Part shown: positions 9,026 through 17,733 of the stretch, piece by piece
Position numbering within the stretch: position 1 is the first letter of the stretch
Layout of the letters: every line of letters begins with the position of its first letter
Source of the DNA: a virus
Lineage: Duplodnaviria > Caudoviricetes
Virus record (IMG/VR): IMGVR_UViG_3300031942_000024
Span: 1 to 38,902 of that record
Direction: 5' to 3' (one strand)
Length of the DNA stretch: 38,902 nt
Notes under the pieces: model-generated
Told to the model about the DNA's origin: nothing
Databases searched by the model: none
Seen by the model: only the letters and a program-made list of their open reading frames with translations
Made by a program: the position numbers and the translations under genes

Positions 9026-9432
9026 TGCCTTACGTTCCCGGCGCAATGACGCTAAGTCCAGGCGGCGGCGCGACCGGCGGCCCCTATCTGCCGCCCGGCA
9101 TCGATGCCCAGCGCAATAGCATCACGGCGGCGCTGATGAACATCGCGCGGCCGCCGCCGTCGCCGCAGATGCCGCTGGCGCAGCAGATCGGCCGCCTGGG
9201 TCCAGCCATGCCGCAGTCGCCGATGCTGCCGACGCAGGGCGCGCCGCCGCAAGGGCTGCCGTCGCCGCTGACCGGCGCGGTGCCGTCGCCGCTGCCGGGC
9301 GGCGCACCGCCGACGCTACCCGGCGTGCCGCCGCCGACCGTGCCGCAATCCTTCGGCATGCCGCCGCAGCCGCCGCCCGGCGCGCCGCCGACCGCGCCGC
9401 AGCCGCCGACGGTGCCACTGCAAGGTACTTGA
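9025..9432 (+). CDS. proline-rich hypothetical protein
   Basis: TGATG coupling with GGAGG SD upstream; fills the intergenic gap. Confidence 0.6.
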   Translation: MPYVPGAMTLSPGGGATGGPYLPPGIDAQRNSITAALMNIARPPPSPQMPLAQQIGRLGPAMPQSPMLPTQGAPPQGLPSPLTGAVPSPLPGGAPPTLPGVPPPTVPQSFGMPPQPPPGAPPTAPQPPTVPLQGT

Positions 9433-9445
9433 AAGGATTAAGAAA

Positions 9446-11002
9446 TTGGGAAAACCAGATCCCCCCACCCCTCCAAACCCCCTGGCCACGGCCCGCGCCC
9501 AGACCGGCACCAACGTCTCGACCGCGGTGGCGAACGCTTATCTGGGCAATATCAACCAGAACACGCCGACCGGCTCGCTGGTTTACAACCAGAGCGGTCA
9601 GTATGGCTGGACCGATCCGACTACCGGTCAGACCTACAATATCCCGACCTTCACCGCGACGCAGACGCTGTCGCCGCAGGGCCAGGCGATCCAGGCCCAG
9701 ACCCAGGCCGCGCAATACAACCTGGCCGGCATGGCCAACGCGCAGTCCGGCCGCATCGCCGGCCTCTTGTCGCAGAACATGAACCCGTCGTTCAACGCGC
9801 AAGCCTACCTGGCGGCCAACCCTGATGTGATGCAGTACGCGCTCCAAACCGGGCAGGATCCGGCGCAATTCGCCGCCCAGCACTATGCGCAATACGGCAT
9901 TACCGAAGGCCGCACCGGCTGGCAGGCACCGCAGGGCGGCAACGCCCAGAACATCTTGAACGTCCCGGGCGCCGCCACCTCCTACACCAGCGGCGGCCCG
10001 ATCCAGATGTCGCTGGGGCCGCAGGGCGCGATCACCCACCAATACGGCGGCGCGGATGATTATTCCGCTGACCGGCAGCGGGTCGAGGACGCGCTGATGC
10101 AGCGCATGAACCCGCAGCTGCAAATCCAGCAGCAGGCGCTGCAACAGCAGCTCGCCGATCAGGGTATCCGCTACGGCAGCGACGCCTACAACAACGCCAT
10201 GCTGACCTATAACCAGCAGGCCAATGACGCCCGTTGGGGCGCGATCCAGCAGGCCGGGCAGGAACAGCAACGCATGGACCAGATGGCGGCGCAGCAGGCC
10301 GCCTTCCAGAACCAGGCGCAGAACCAGGCCTACGAGCAGTCGATCGGCGCCGCCGGTTTCGCCAATCAGGCGCAGAACCAGGCCAACCAGCAGGCGGCGC
10401 AGGCGGCCTCGTTCTACAACACCGGTATCGCGCAACAGCTGCAACAGCAGCAGGCCGGCTTCAACGCCGCCCAGGCCGCGCGCAATCAATATCTGCAAGA
10501 GCAGTACGCATCACGCAACCAGCCGATCAACGAGATCACCTCGCTGCTGAGCGGCTCGCAAGTGACGCAGCCGAATTTCGTCAACACGCCGGGCGCCCAG
10601 ATCCCGACCACCGACATTGCGGGATTGATCAACCAGAACTTCAATCAGCAGATGCAGAATTATCAGGCCCAATCGCAGAGCTACAACACGCTGGTCGGCG
10701 GCATCCTCGGCCTCGGCGCCGGCGCGCTGAAGCTGTCCGACGTACGCGCCAAGGACGATATCCACAAGTTGGGCACCATCTTCGGCGTGGCAGATGTCGA
10801 CCATGACGAGACCCGGCACGATCAAGCCGAGGGGCTTCCGATCTACCGCTACAGCTACAAGGACGATCCCGCCAGTGTTCTGCATGTGGGGCCGATGGCG
10901 CAGGACGTCGAGAAGATCGATCCGCAGATGGTTCGCACCATCGCCGGTCAAAAATATATCGACCAGTCCAAATTGATGGGCCACATTCTGAGGGCCGCGT
11001 GA
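9446..11002 (+). CDS. putative DNA ejection (pilot) protein with a C-terminal peptidase S74 intramolecular-chaperone domain
   Basis: TTG start after AAGGA; Gln/Asn-rich helical body; LSDVRAKDDI...GLPIYRYSYK...VGPMAQDVEK matches the S74 pattern. Confidence 0.75.
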   Translation: MGKPDPPTPPNPLATARAQTGTNVSTAVANAYLGNINQNTPTGSLVYNQSGQYGWTDPTTGQTYNIPTFTATQTLSPQGQAIQAQTQAAQYNLAGMANAQSGRIAGLLSQNMNPSFNAQAYLAANPDVMQYALQTGQDPAQFAAQHYAQYGITEGRTGWQAPQGGNAQNILNVPGAATSYTSGGPIQMSLGPQGAITHQYGGADDYSADRQRVEDALMQRMNPQLQIQQQALQQQLADQGIRYGSDAYNNAMLTYNQQANDARWGAIQQAGQEQQRMDQMAAQQAAFQNQAQNQAYEQSIGAAGFANQAQNQANQQAAQAASFYNTGIAQQLQQQQAGFNAAQAARNQYLQEQYASRNQPINEITSLLSGSQVTQPNFVNTPGAQIPTTDIAGLINQNFNQQMQNYQAQSQSYNTLVGGILGLGAGALKLSDVRAKDDIHKLGTIFGVADVDHDETRHDQAEGLPIYRYSYKDDPASVLHVGPMAQDVEKIDPQMVRTIAGQKYIDQSKLMGHILRAA

Positions 11003-13170
11003 TGGCAGACTTCGAGAACCCGTTTTCGTACATTTTCAACGCCCAGCCGAGGCCTGGCATGGCGGTGCCGAGCTACGAGCAGCTGCAAACCCGGCGCAAG
11101 ATCGCCGCCTCGCTGATGGCGCAGAAGCATCCCTATCCGCGCAACATCGGCGAGGGCCTGTCCGCGATCGGCGAGGCAATCGGCGAGCGCGGCTATCTCA
11201 ACCGGCTCGATGCCATGGAGGCGGTCAAGGCGCAGCAGGACGCGGCGCTGATGGCCGGAGTGACGCGAGCCGGTGCCGCACCTCCGGCGCCGTCTACTCC
11301 GTCGGACAGCAGCGAGACCGAGACGGCGCCGCCGGCGGCGCGGACCTCCTATGCGCCGCCGGCGACGCCAGACGAGGCGCCGGCGGTGGCGGCGATCAAC
11401 AACGCGATCAAGCCGGGCGCCGCCGGACGTTCGCTGATCGTGCCGCCGGCGGCCGACGCCACGGCGCCGAACGACGGCAGCTATAACGCGATCGACGCCC
11501 AGGTCGCGTTCAAGCGCAAGACCCCCGGCTACATCGCCGACGCCATCGCCCGCAACGTCCAGGATCCGGACATGGCGGCCTATCTCGGCAGCCTGGTGGC
11601 GGCCGAGGCCCCGAACGGTCCTCATGAGGTGTCGTCGACCGGCGCCGCCGGGCCGTTTCAGTTCACCCACGGCACCGCCCGGCAGTATGGCCTGATCGAT
11701 CAGACCGGCGACCGCCGCGCCGATCTCGATGCCTCGGTGCAGGCCGCCGAGCGCCTGACCCGCGACAACGCGCGGGTGTTCAAGCAGATCAACGGCCGCG
11801 ACGCGAGCCCGGCGGAGCTGGCCCTGATGCACCAGCAGGGCGGCGTGACCGGGGCGCGCATGGTTGCCGGCACCGGCAACGCGCCGCCCGGCAATCTGGC
11901 GGTCAACAATATCAACCCGGCCGCGGGTCCGGCCGCCGCGGTGGCCCGCATCAAGCAGTTCTACGGCATGCCGGACGCGCCGATGACGCCGCGCGACCAG
12001 GTGGCGGCCTCGCTGGCCAGCGCGGCCCCAGGAGGGCCGCAACCAAACCCTACGCCACCGGAGCCTCTGCCCGTGCAGGGTCGCTCCGTGGTCCCTACCA
12101 GTTCACTGGCAATCCCTGGTGGTAGCAACGCCCTGGCCTTCGCGCCGACCACCACCGGAATCCCGGCGGCGCCTACGGTTCCTTCCGCCGTGATAAAGGC
12201 GCCGCCGGTGCAGCTCGCCCAGGCAGTGCCGCCACAGCTGCTGGAGACACAGCAGATCCGGCCCGACTTTGTGCCGACGATGCGCGTACCGACCAGTGAG
12301 CCAAAACCGCCGCCGGTGCCACAGCCGACACCGAAGATGCGCGCGATCGAGCAGGCGCTGACCTCGGTCGGCGATCCTTATCAGCGCGACGCCCTGACCC
12401 GGATGTATCAGCAGGAGCAGGCCGACCTCACCGCCAACTACAATCAAGCGATCGAGATCTACAAGCACAAGCGCGATCTCTGGGAGGCGGCGCCGCAGAA
12501 ACAGCAGGAACTGATCAAAGCGACCGAGGAAGCTGACGTCGCCCGGCGCACCGGCGGACTCGGCAACGAGCCGTTGCTGGCGCCGCTGATCAAGAGCGCG
12601 GAGAGCAACAAGGGCCTGCTGGCGGCGGCGCAGGCGCTGCGCAACGCGCGCGAGGAGTTTAACAAGGGTATCGTCTCCGGCGCCGGCGCCGATGCCCGAT
12701 TGAACGCGCTCAAAACCCGCGAGCTGATCGGCTCCTGGTTCGGTATCGACAGCTCCGATCCGCGCGTCGCCAATACCGAGGCCTTCAAGTCGACTATCAT
12801 GCCGTTGGTGGCGCAGATGCGCTCGACCGTGTCCGGCAACGCCAACATTTCCGACGCCGATATCAACCTGGCGAGGTCGGCGGTAGCCGGCAACATCGAG
12901 CTGGACGAGAAAACTTTTCCGCGCGTGCTCAACGCGCTGGAGCGCATCAATCTCGGTGCCGCGATCGGCCACCAGCAACGCATCCTGGGCGCTGCAGCCG
13001 GCAGCGAGAAGGCCGCCAATGCCTTGCAGGGCGTCTACGGCCTGCCGATGGACCAGATCATTCCCGAGCACCTGATGCAACGGTTGCGTGATCATCCGGA
13101 GACCGCCGCAGAATTTGACGCCTACTTCAAGACCCCTGGCCTCGCCCGCAAGATCCTGGGAGCAAGGTGA
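11002..13170 (+). CDS. internal virion/ejection protein with a lytic transglycosylase (lysozyme-like) domain
   Basis: LVAAE...STGAAGPFQFTHGTARQYGL matches SLT motifs I and II (about 11575-11850); TGATG coupling on both sides. Confidence 0.75.
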   Translation: MADFENPFSYIFNAQPRPGMAVPSYEQLQTRRKIAASLMAQKHPYPRNIGEGLSAIGEAIGERGYLNRLDAMEAVKAQQDAALMAGVTRAGAAPPAPSTPSDSSETETAPPAARTSYAPPATPDEAPAVAAINNAIKPGAAGRSLIVPPAADATAPNDGSYNAIDAQVAFKRKTPGYIADAIARNVQDPDMAAYLGSLVAAEAPNGPHEVSSTGAAGPFQFTHGTARQYGLIDQTGDRRADLDASVQAAERLTRDNARVFKQINGRDASPAELALMHQQGGVTGARMVAGTGNAPPGNLAVNNINPAAGPAAAVARIKQFYGMPDAPMTPRDQVAASLASAAPGGPQPNPTPPEPLPVQGRSVVPTSSLAIPGGSNALAFAPTTTGIPAAPTVPSAVIKAPPVQLAQAVPPQLLETQQIRPDFVPTMRVPTSEPKPPPVPQPTPKMRAIEQALTSVGDPYQRDALTRMYQQEQADLTANYNQAIEIYKHKRDLWEAAPQKQQELIKATEEADVARRTGGLGNEPLLAPLIKSAESNKGLLAAAQALRNAREEFNKGIVSGAGADARLNALKTRELIGSWFGIDSSDPRVANTEAFKSTIMPLVAQMRSTVSGNANISDADINLARSAVAGNIELDEKTFPRVLNALERINLGAAIGHQQRILGAAAGSEKAANALQGVYGLPMDQIIPEHLMQRLRDHPETAAEFDAYFKTPGLARKILGAR

Positions 13171-14699
13171 TGGGTTTCTATGACGACGCACTAAGCCCGA
13201 CCGATACGCTGCCGATCGCTCCCGGCATCTCGCCGGCGCGGCGCGGCACCTATGACGACGCGCTCGCGCCCCCGGTCGAGCCGCCGCCGCCGCCGGCCGA
13301 GGATCCGGTGGTGCGCCGTGGCGGCCTCTTACCGGTGTCGCGCACGCAGTCCGGTAAATTAATCTGGGACTGGGGCAGTGGCGTCACCGGCGACATCGGC
13401 CGTGCCTTCACCCTGCCGGGCCGGGTGGCGAGCGGCGAGACGCCGATGCCGCAGCTCGGCACCCGCGACCCGAACGCCTACAATCAAATCATTCCCGAGG
13501 CGATCAATTTCGGCCAAACGTTTGCGCCGATCACGCCAGGGATAACCGCCGGTGCCAAGATCATCCCTGGCGCCTCGACCAATGTCACGCGCCCGGTGCG
13601 CGAGGCGCCGTCGGCGGCCACGCTGGAAGAAATCGGCGGTCGGGGATTCGAGCAATTCCGCAACTTGCCGTTCAATTACAATCCTGATTATATGGGTGTG
13701 ATGGCTAACACCATCGAGCAAAAATTAATTGACAAGGGTATCTATAGAAATGACGCGCCCAACATCTACGCAGCTACCGACATGCTTCGCGGGGCCGCGG
13801 CCCCTCGTGCCGATGGATCAACCGTCGTCATTCCTCCCGCCGGCATCCACTCCCTGCGCCGACATATCACCAATCAATTCGGCAAGCAGGGCGAGCACCA
13901 GCTCGCGCCGGCCATCGCACTGGAGGAGCTTGACAACTTCATTAAGGCGCCTCCTGAGGGCGCTATTCTGGCTCGATCCCCTCCCGCCCAGGCGCCGGGC
14001 CAACCCACCGCCGTGCCCAGCCAACCCAGTCAGCTCGACCTCGGCCTCATGGGCCGTACCGCCGGCCAGATCTTCGAGGACGCCCGAGGCAACTATGCCG
14101 CAGCTCAGCGCGGCCAGGCCATTGCCGATCTTCAGCGCGCCATCGACCTGCGCACGGCTGCCGCACATTCCGGGCGTAATCTTGATAATACCACCCGAGG
14201 CAAAATCGCCGGTCTCGCACTCGACGAACGCGCGAGCCGCGGCTTTATCCCCTCCGAAATAAATACGCTTGAAGGCGGGGTCTATGGTGATCCCTGGACC
14301 AACCGTGCTCGGGACGTCAGCAAAAAGTTAGGTGGCGGCGGCGGGCTTGGCTACACGGTTGCCGGTGGCCTGGGCGCCGGTGCCGCGACCGGGCTCGGCG
14401 CCATGGTCGGCATTCCGCCTTGGTTCTCGGCGCCCATTGGTTACATGGCTCCCGGCGCCATCGGCTCGCGTCTCGGCAGTTGGGCCGCCAATCGCACCCA
14501 GGGCGTGCTGGATGCGGTCAGCGAAGCGACCCGCCGTCGCTCGCCTTATTACGAATCGCTGCCTCCGCTACCTCCGCAGACCCCTGGCGGTGCCTTTGGC
14601 GCCAACCGCGACGCGATCGCGCGCTCGCTCATGCTGGGCACGATGCCGGCGCCGCCTGAGCGTATTTACGTCTCGCCAAATCAAGAGGATCGCACCTAA
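13170..14699 (+). CDS. putative internal virion/ejection protein
   Basis: Synteny after the SLT protein; Gly-rich hydrophobic C-terminal segment (GGLGYTVAGGLGAGAATGLGAMVG). Confidence 0.65.
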   Translation: MGFYDDALSPTDTLPIAPGISPARRGTYDDALAPPVEPPPPPAEDPVVRRGGLLPVSRTQSGKLIWDWGSGVTGDIGRAFTLPGRVASGETPMPQLGTRDPNAYNQIIPEAINFGQTFAPITPGITAGAKIIPGASTNVTRPVREAPSAATLEEIGGRGFEQFRNLPFNYNPDYMGVMANTIEQKLIDKGIYRNDAPNIYAATDMLRGAAAPRADGSTVVIPPAGIHSLRRHITNQFGKQGEHQLAPAIALEELDNFIKAPPEGAILARSPPAQAPGQPTAVPSQPSQLDLGLMGRTAGQIFEDARGNYAAAQRGQAIADLQRAIDLRTAAAHSGRNLDNTTRGKIAGLALDERASRGFIPSEINTLEGGVYGDPWTNRARDVSKKLGGGGGLGYTVAGGLGAGAATGLGAMVGIPPWFSAPIGYMAPGAIGSRLGSWAANRTQGVLDAVSEATRRRSPYYESLPPLPPQTPGGAFGANRDAIARSLMLGTMPAPPERIYVSPNQEDRT

Positions 14700-14800
14700 T
14701 GCCCCGCGACGGATCCGATACTGTCATCACGCTGGAAGGCTGGCGTAATGGTCGGGCGTGTCATCGGCTGAAAATGCACAAACGCTATCAAAAGGTGTAG
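14699..14800 (+). pseudogene. 33-aa mini-ORF carrying a duplicate of the tail fibre N-terminus (MPRDGS...)
   Basis: TAATG-coupled; translates MPRDGSDTVITLEGWRNGRACHRLKMHKRYQKV*; the tail fibre begins MAPRDGSG. Confidence 0.5.
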
Positions 14801-14809
14801 GAGACAAAT

Positions 14810-16714
14810 ATGGCACCCAGAGATGGTAGCGGGATTTATCATCGACCGGTCGGCACCGACGCGGTGCCCGACACCACGATCGAGAGCAGCAAATACAACA
14901 CCAACGTCGCCGACGTCGAGCAGGACCTCAACACGCCGCGGCCGATCGTGGCCGGCGGCACCGGCGCCTCGTCGGCGGACCAGGCGCGGCAGAACCTGTT
15001 CGCCACGCGCTGGAATCCCTACACCGGCTCCGGCCAGTCGTTCGTCAAGGGCGACATCACCCGTGACGGCGACTGGACCATGGTGGCGAACAAGAACACC
15101 AGCGATCGCCCGGCGCCGCAGGCCAGCGGCACCGAAGAGGATTTGCTGCCGCCTTGGACGCCGACGACGAACAGCGCGCGCGCCACCTACACCGTCTACA
15201 ATGAGTGGACGGTCAACACGGCAGGATGGATCGACCAGTACGGCGGCGACGTGCTGTCGGCCAATGTCGGAGCCACCCATACCATCACGCTGTCTATCAA
15301 CGGGACGGTCAAGGACACCTTCACCAGTGCGCCGGTAACGGCCCAGCTCTATTGGCACGACATCACACCGATTGTGGTGGCTTCGGGTGCCGTGATCCGC
15401 GTCACGGTGAAGGTGACACAGGTCAGCAACAACAACATGTACTGGCAACAGCAGAGTGCGCTGTTCACAACGGCGCCGGTCTACTGTTCGCTTGCAGTTG
15501 GATCGAAAGACGCCGGTACGGCTGATGCGACGGCCTATGGCTGCCATGTGATGTTCATTCCCGGCACGTCGTCGCCGGACTGGGACGTGCTCGCTTTCGG
15601 CGGCGCGGGCGCGGGCGGGGCTGTCAGCCAGGCCGTGCTCTATGCGCCGCAGACGCTCTTGGCGGCGGACCAGACGCAGGCGCGGCAGAACATCTATGCC
15701 GCGCCGTTCGATGCGCTGGCCTATAACGGGATGCAGATCAACGGGTCGTGCGAGGTCAGTCAGGAACGGGGCACCACCGGGTTTGTCCCTGTGGTCAGTA
15801 CATGGACATATCTTCAGGATGGTTGGCGTTTTCTTTATGGGACGGCTCCCCTCTCGATCAGTGTTTGGCCGGCAGATCCAGCCTCGCTGCCCGGTTTCAG
15901 AAGTCGCATAACGATTACGGCGACCACGGGCAAAGCAACACTCGCCGCAGGTGATCAGATCATTCTTGATAATGTGATTGAAGGCTATCGGATTTCCCGA
16001 CTTGGGTGGGGCAACTCGAACGCACAACCTTTATCGATCGGATTTTATGTTCAGGCGACGATTGCCGGGACAATGACTGTCACAGTTTTCAATGGAGCCA
16101 ATGCCAATCGTGGTTATAGCACTAATGTCACGATCAATTCGCCGAATACATGGGAATACAAAACGCTAACTGTACCGGGCGATACGGCGGGGTCGTGGGC
16201 TACAGACAATACTTTTGCTATGTCCATTCGTTTCTGCTTTGGCGCCGGTACTAGCAATCAGGGCGTGGCTGGGTCATGGCAAGCGACGGTAAGTTCAGGG
16301 ACATCTTCGACAACGAACTTTTGTGCGGCGACTAACAATATTATTCTCGTCACCGGCCTGATCGTGCTCCCCGGTATCGAACTGCCGAGTGCAGCGCGGG
16401 CGCCGCTGATCATGCGGCCGTACGATCAGGAGTTGCTGACGTGCCAGCGCTACTATATCAAGCCAAGTGTCAGCCTCAGCGTAAACGCCTACGGTGCTGC
16501 GGGGGGCGGTCAGACTTTTGTCTGGTGGACTGCACCCGTATCCATGCGTGCAAGCGCGACGATCATTTCGTCATGGACGGGCGGTGTCAACGCTACCGCC
16601 AGCGGTCCTGCAATGCAGGCTGATAACCGCACCTTGCAGGGGGCCATCACGTCTGCCGCGACAAGCTACTATGCAGCTGTTCTCAACATTACGTCACTGG
16701 ACGCGAGGCTCTGA
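14810..16714 (+). CDS. tail fibre / receptor-binding protein
   Basis: AGGAGA SD; N-terminal virion-anchor-like segment (PRPIVAGGTGA); QTQARQNI repeat; ELLTCQRYY and terminal DARL motifs; lower-GC variable C-terminal blocks. Confidence 0.85.
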   Translation: MAPRDGSGIYHRPVGTDAVPDTTIESSKYNTNVADVEQDLNTPRPIVAGGTGASSADQARQNLFATRWNPYTGSGQSFVKGDITRDGDWTMVANKNTSDRPAPQASGTEEDLLPPWTPTTNSARATYTVYNEWTVNTAGWIDQYGGDVLSANVGATHTITLSINGTVKDTFTSAPVTAQLYWHDITPIVVASGAVIRVTVKVTQVSNNNMYWQQQSALFTTAPVYCSLAVGSKDAGTADATAYGCHVMFIPGTSSPDWDVLAFGGAGAGGAVSQAVLYAPQTLLAADQTQARQNIYAAPFDALAYNGMQINGSCEVSQERGTTGFVPVVSTWTYLQDGWRFLYGTAPLSISVWPADPASLPGFRSRITITATTGKATLAAGDQIILDNVIEGYRISRLGWGNSNAQPLSIGFYVQATIAGTMTVTVFNGANANRGYSTNVTINSPNTWEYKTLTVPGDTAGSWATDNTFAMSIRFCFGAGTSNQGVAGSWQATVSSGTSSTTNFCAATNNIILVTGLIVLPGIELPSAARAPLIMRPYDQELLTCQRYYIKPSVSLSVNAYGAAGGGQTFVWWTAPVSMRASATIISSWTGGVNATASGPAMQADNRTLQGAITSAATSYYAAVLNITSLDARL

Positions 16715-16717
16715 CCA

Positions 16718-17152
16718 ATGTCCGACTATCAACTTGCAACACCCGATCCCGTCGGCCCCGTGATCCGCAAACCTATTCTGTGCTTGGATTTCGATGGCGT
16801 AGTCCATAGTTATACAAGCGGATGGCAAGGCGATACCGTGATTTCGGACCCGGTCGTACCGGGCTTTTTCGAATGGGCCGAGCGGGCTGCGAAAGTCTTC
16901 AGGCTCGTGATTTATTCGTCTCGCAGCAAGAATTCCGATGCAATTGCAGCCATGCAGGTCTGGCTTGCCGAACAGCGCAAACAATGGCGTGCCAACGGCG
17001 GGATGCATCAGACTGACGCGCCGCTTTCATTTGAATTTGCGTCGGAGAAACCGTCTGCTTTTGTCACGATTGACGATCGGGCCATTACCTTCACGGGCAA
17101 GTGGCCAGATGTCGAAATGCTGCGTAATTTCAAGCCTTGGAATAAGACGTGA
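16718..17152 (+). CDS. HAD-superfamily phosphatase with a borrowed 17-aa N-terminus
   Basis: Motif I LDFDGV, motif II YSSR, motifs III/IV KP...IDDRA; lower GC than flanks. Confidence 0.8.
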   Translation: MSDYQLATPDPVGPVIRKPILCLDFDGVVHSYTSGWQGDTVISDPVVPGFFEWAERAAKVFRLVIYSSRSKNSDAIAAMQVWLAEQRKQWRANGGMHQTDAPLSFEFASEKPSAFVTIDDRAITFTGKWPDVEMLRNFKPWNKT

Positions 17153-17213
17153 GGCGTCTCGCCATGTCCGACTATCAACTTGCTACGTCCGATCCCGTCG
17201 GCCCCGTGATCCG
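16718..17213 (+). repeat. 50-bp direct repeat (16718-16767 and 17164-17213)
   Basis: ATGTCCGACTATCAACTTGC...CCGATCCCGTCGGCCCCGTGATCCG; 3 mismatches in 50 nt. Confidence 0.95.
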
Positions 17214-17451
17214 TACCACCGATCAAGCCCACATCCCGGCCGATCCTGCCAATCGCGACTGGGTCGAGTATCAGAACTGGCTCGCGCTCGGCAACACACC
17301 CGATCTCTATGTGCCGCCGGATCCGGTGCCGGTCCCGCCGGCTCCTGAGGTCGCTGATGCGGTCCTGCTCGATCACGAGAACCGTTTGCGCACGATCGAG
17401 GGCAAGCCGCCGCTGAGCATGGCTGATTTCAAGGCTCGGTTCGCGCCGTGA
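17164..17451 (+). CDS. tail fibre assembly chaperone-like protein
   Basis: IPADPANRDWVEYQNWLALGNTP motif, typical of small genes downstream of tail fibres. Confidence 0.75.
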   Translation: MSDYQLATSDPVGPVIRTTDQAHIPADPANRDWVEYQNWLALGNTPDLYVPPDPVPVPPAPEVADAVLLDHENRLRTIEGKPPLSMADFKARFAP

Positions 17452-17484
17452 TCCCGATCGAGCAGTTCGAAAGCAGGTGCAGTG

Positions 17485-17730
17485 ATGTTCTTGATTCCGG
17501 TCACCGCGCTGTACCTACTGTCGGTGCACGGCCCCGACGGCAATCTGATCGACGTCAACCCGGCCGAAATTTCCAGCATCCGTGAGCCGCGGCGCGCCGG
17601 CAACCAGCACTTCGCGCCCGGCACCCGGTGCCTGGTCTACATGACCAATGGCCATTTCATCGCGACGACGGAAACCTGCGTCGACATCGTTCATCAGATT
17701 TCCGCGCTCGACAAGATGCGAAAGGAATAG
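17485..17730 (+). CDS. small hypothetical protein, FlbD-like pattern
   Basis: GNLIDVNPAEISSIRE...CLVYMTNGHFIATTETCVDI resembles the FlbD family spacing; precedes the endolysin. Confidence 0.55.
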   Translation: MFLIPVTALYLLSVHGPDGNLIDVNPAEISSIREPRRAGNQHFAPGTRCLVYMTNGHFIATTETCVDIVHQISALDKMRKE

Positions 17731-17733
17731 ACC

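Noticed and set aside
2785-13191. Many long antisense ORFs (e.g. 2785-4113, 6744-8345, 9122-10498, 10948-12042, 12103-13191)
   Set aside because: Expected shadows of high-GC coding strands; no motifs or SDs, unlike the nested HNH ORF, which has both.
14810-17451. Diversity-generating retroelement or invertible tail cassette
   Set aside because: No reverse transcriptase, invertase or TR/VR pair; the 50-bp repeat lies at gene starts rather than in a variable C-terminus.
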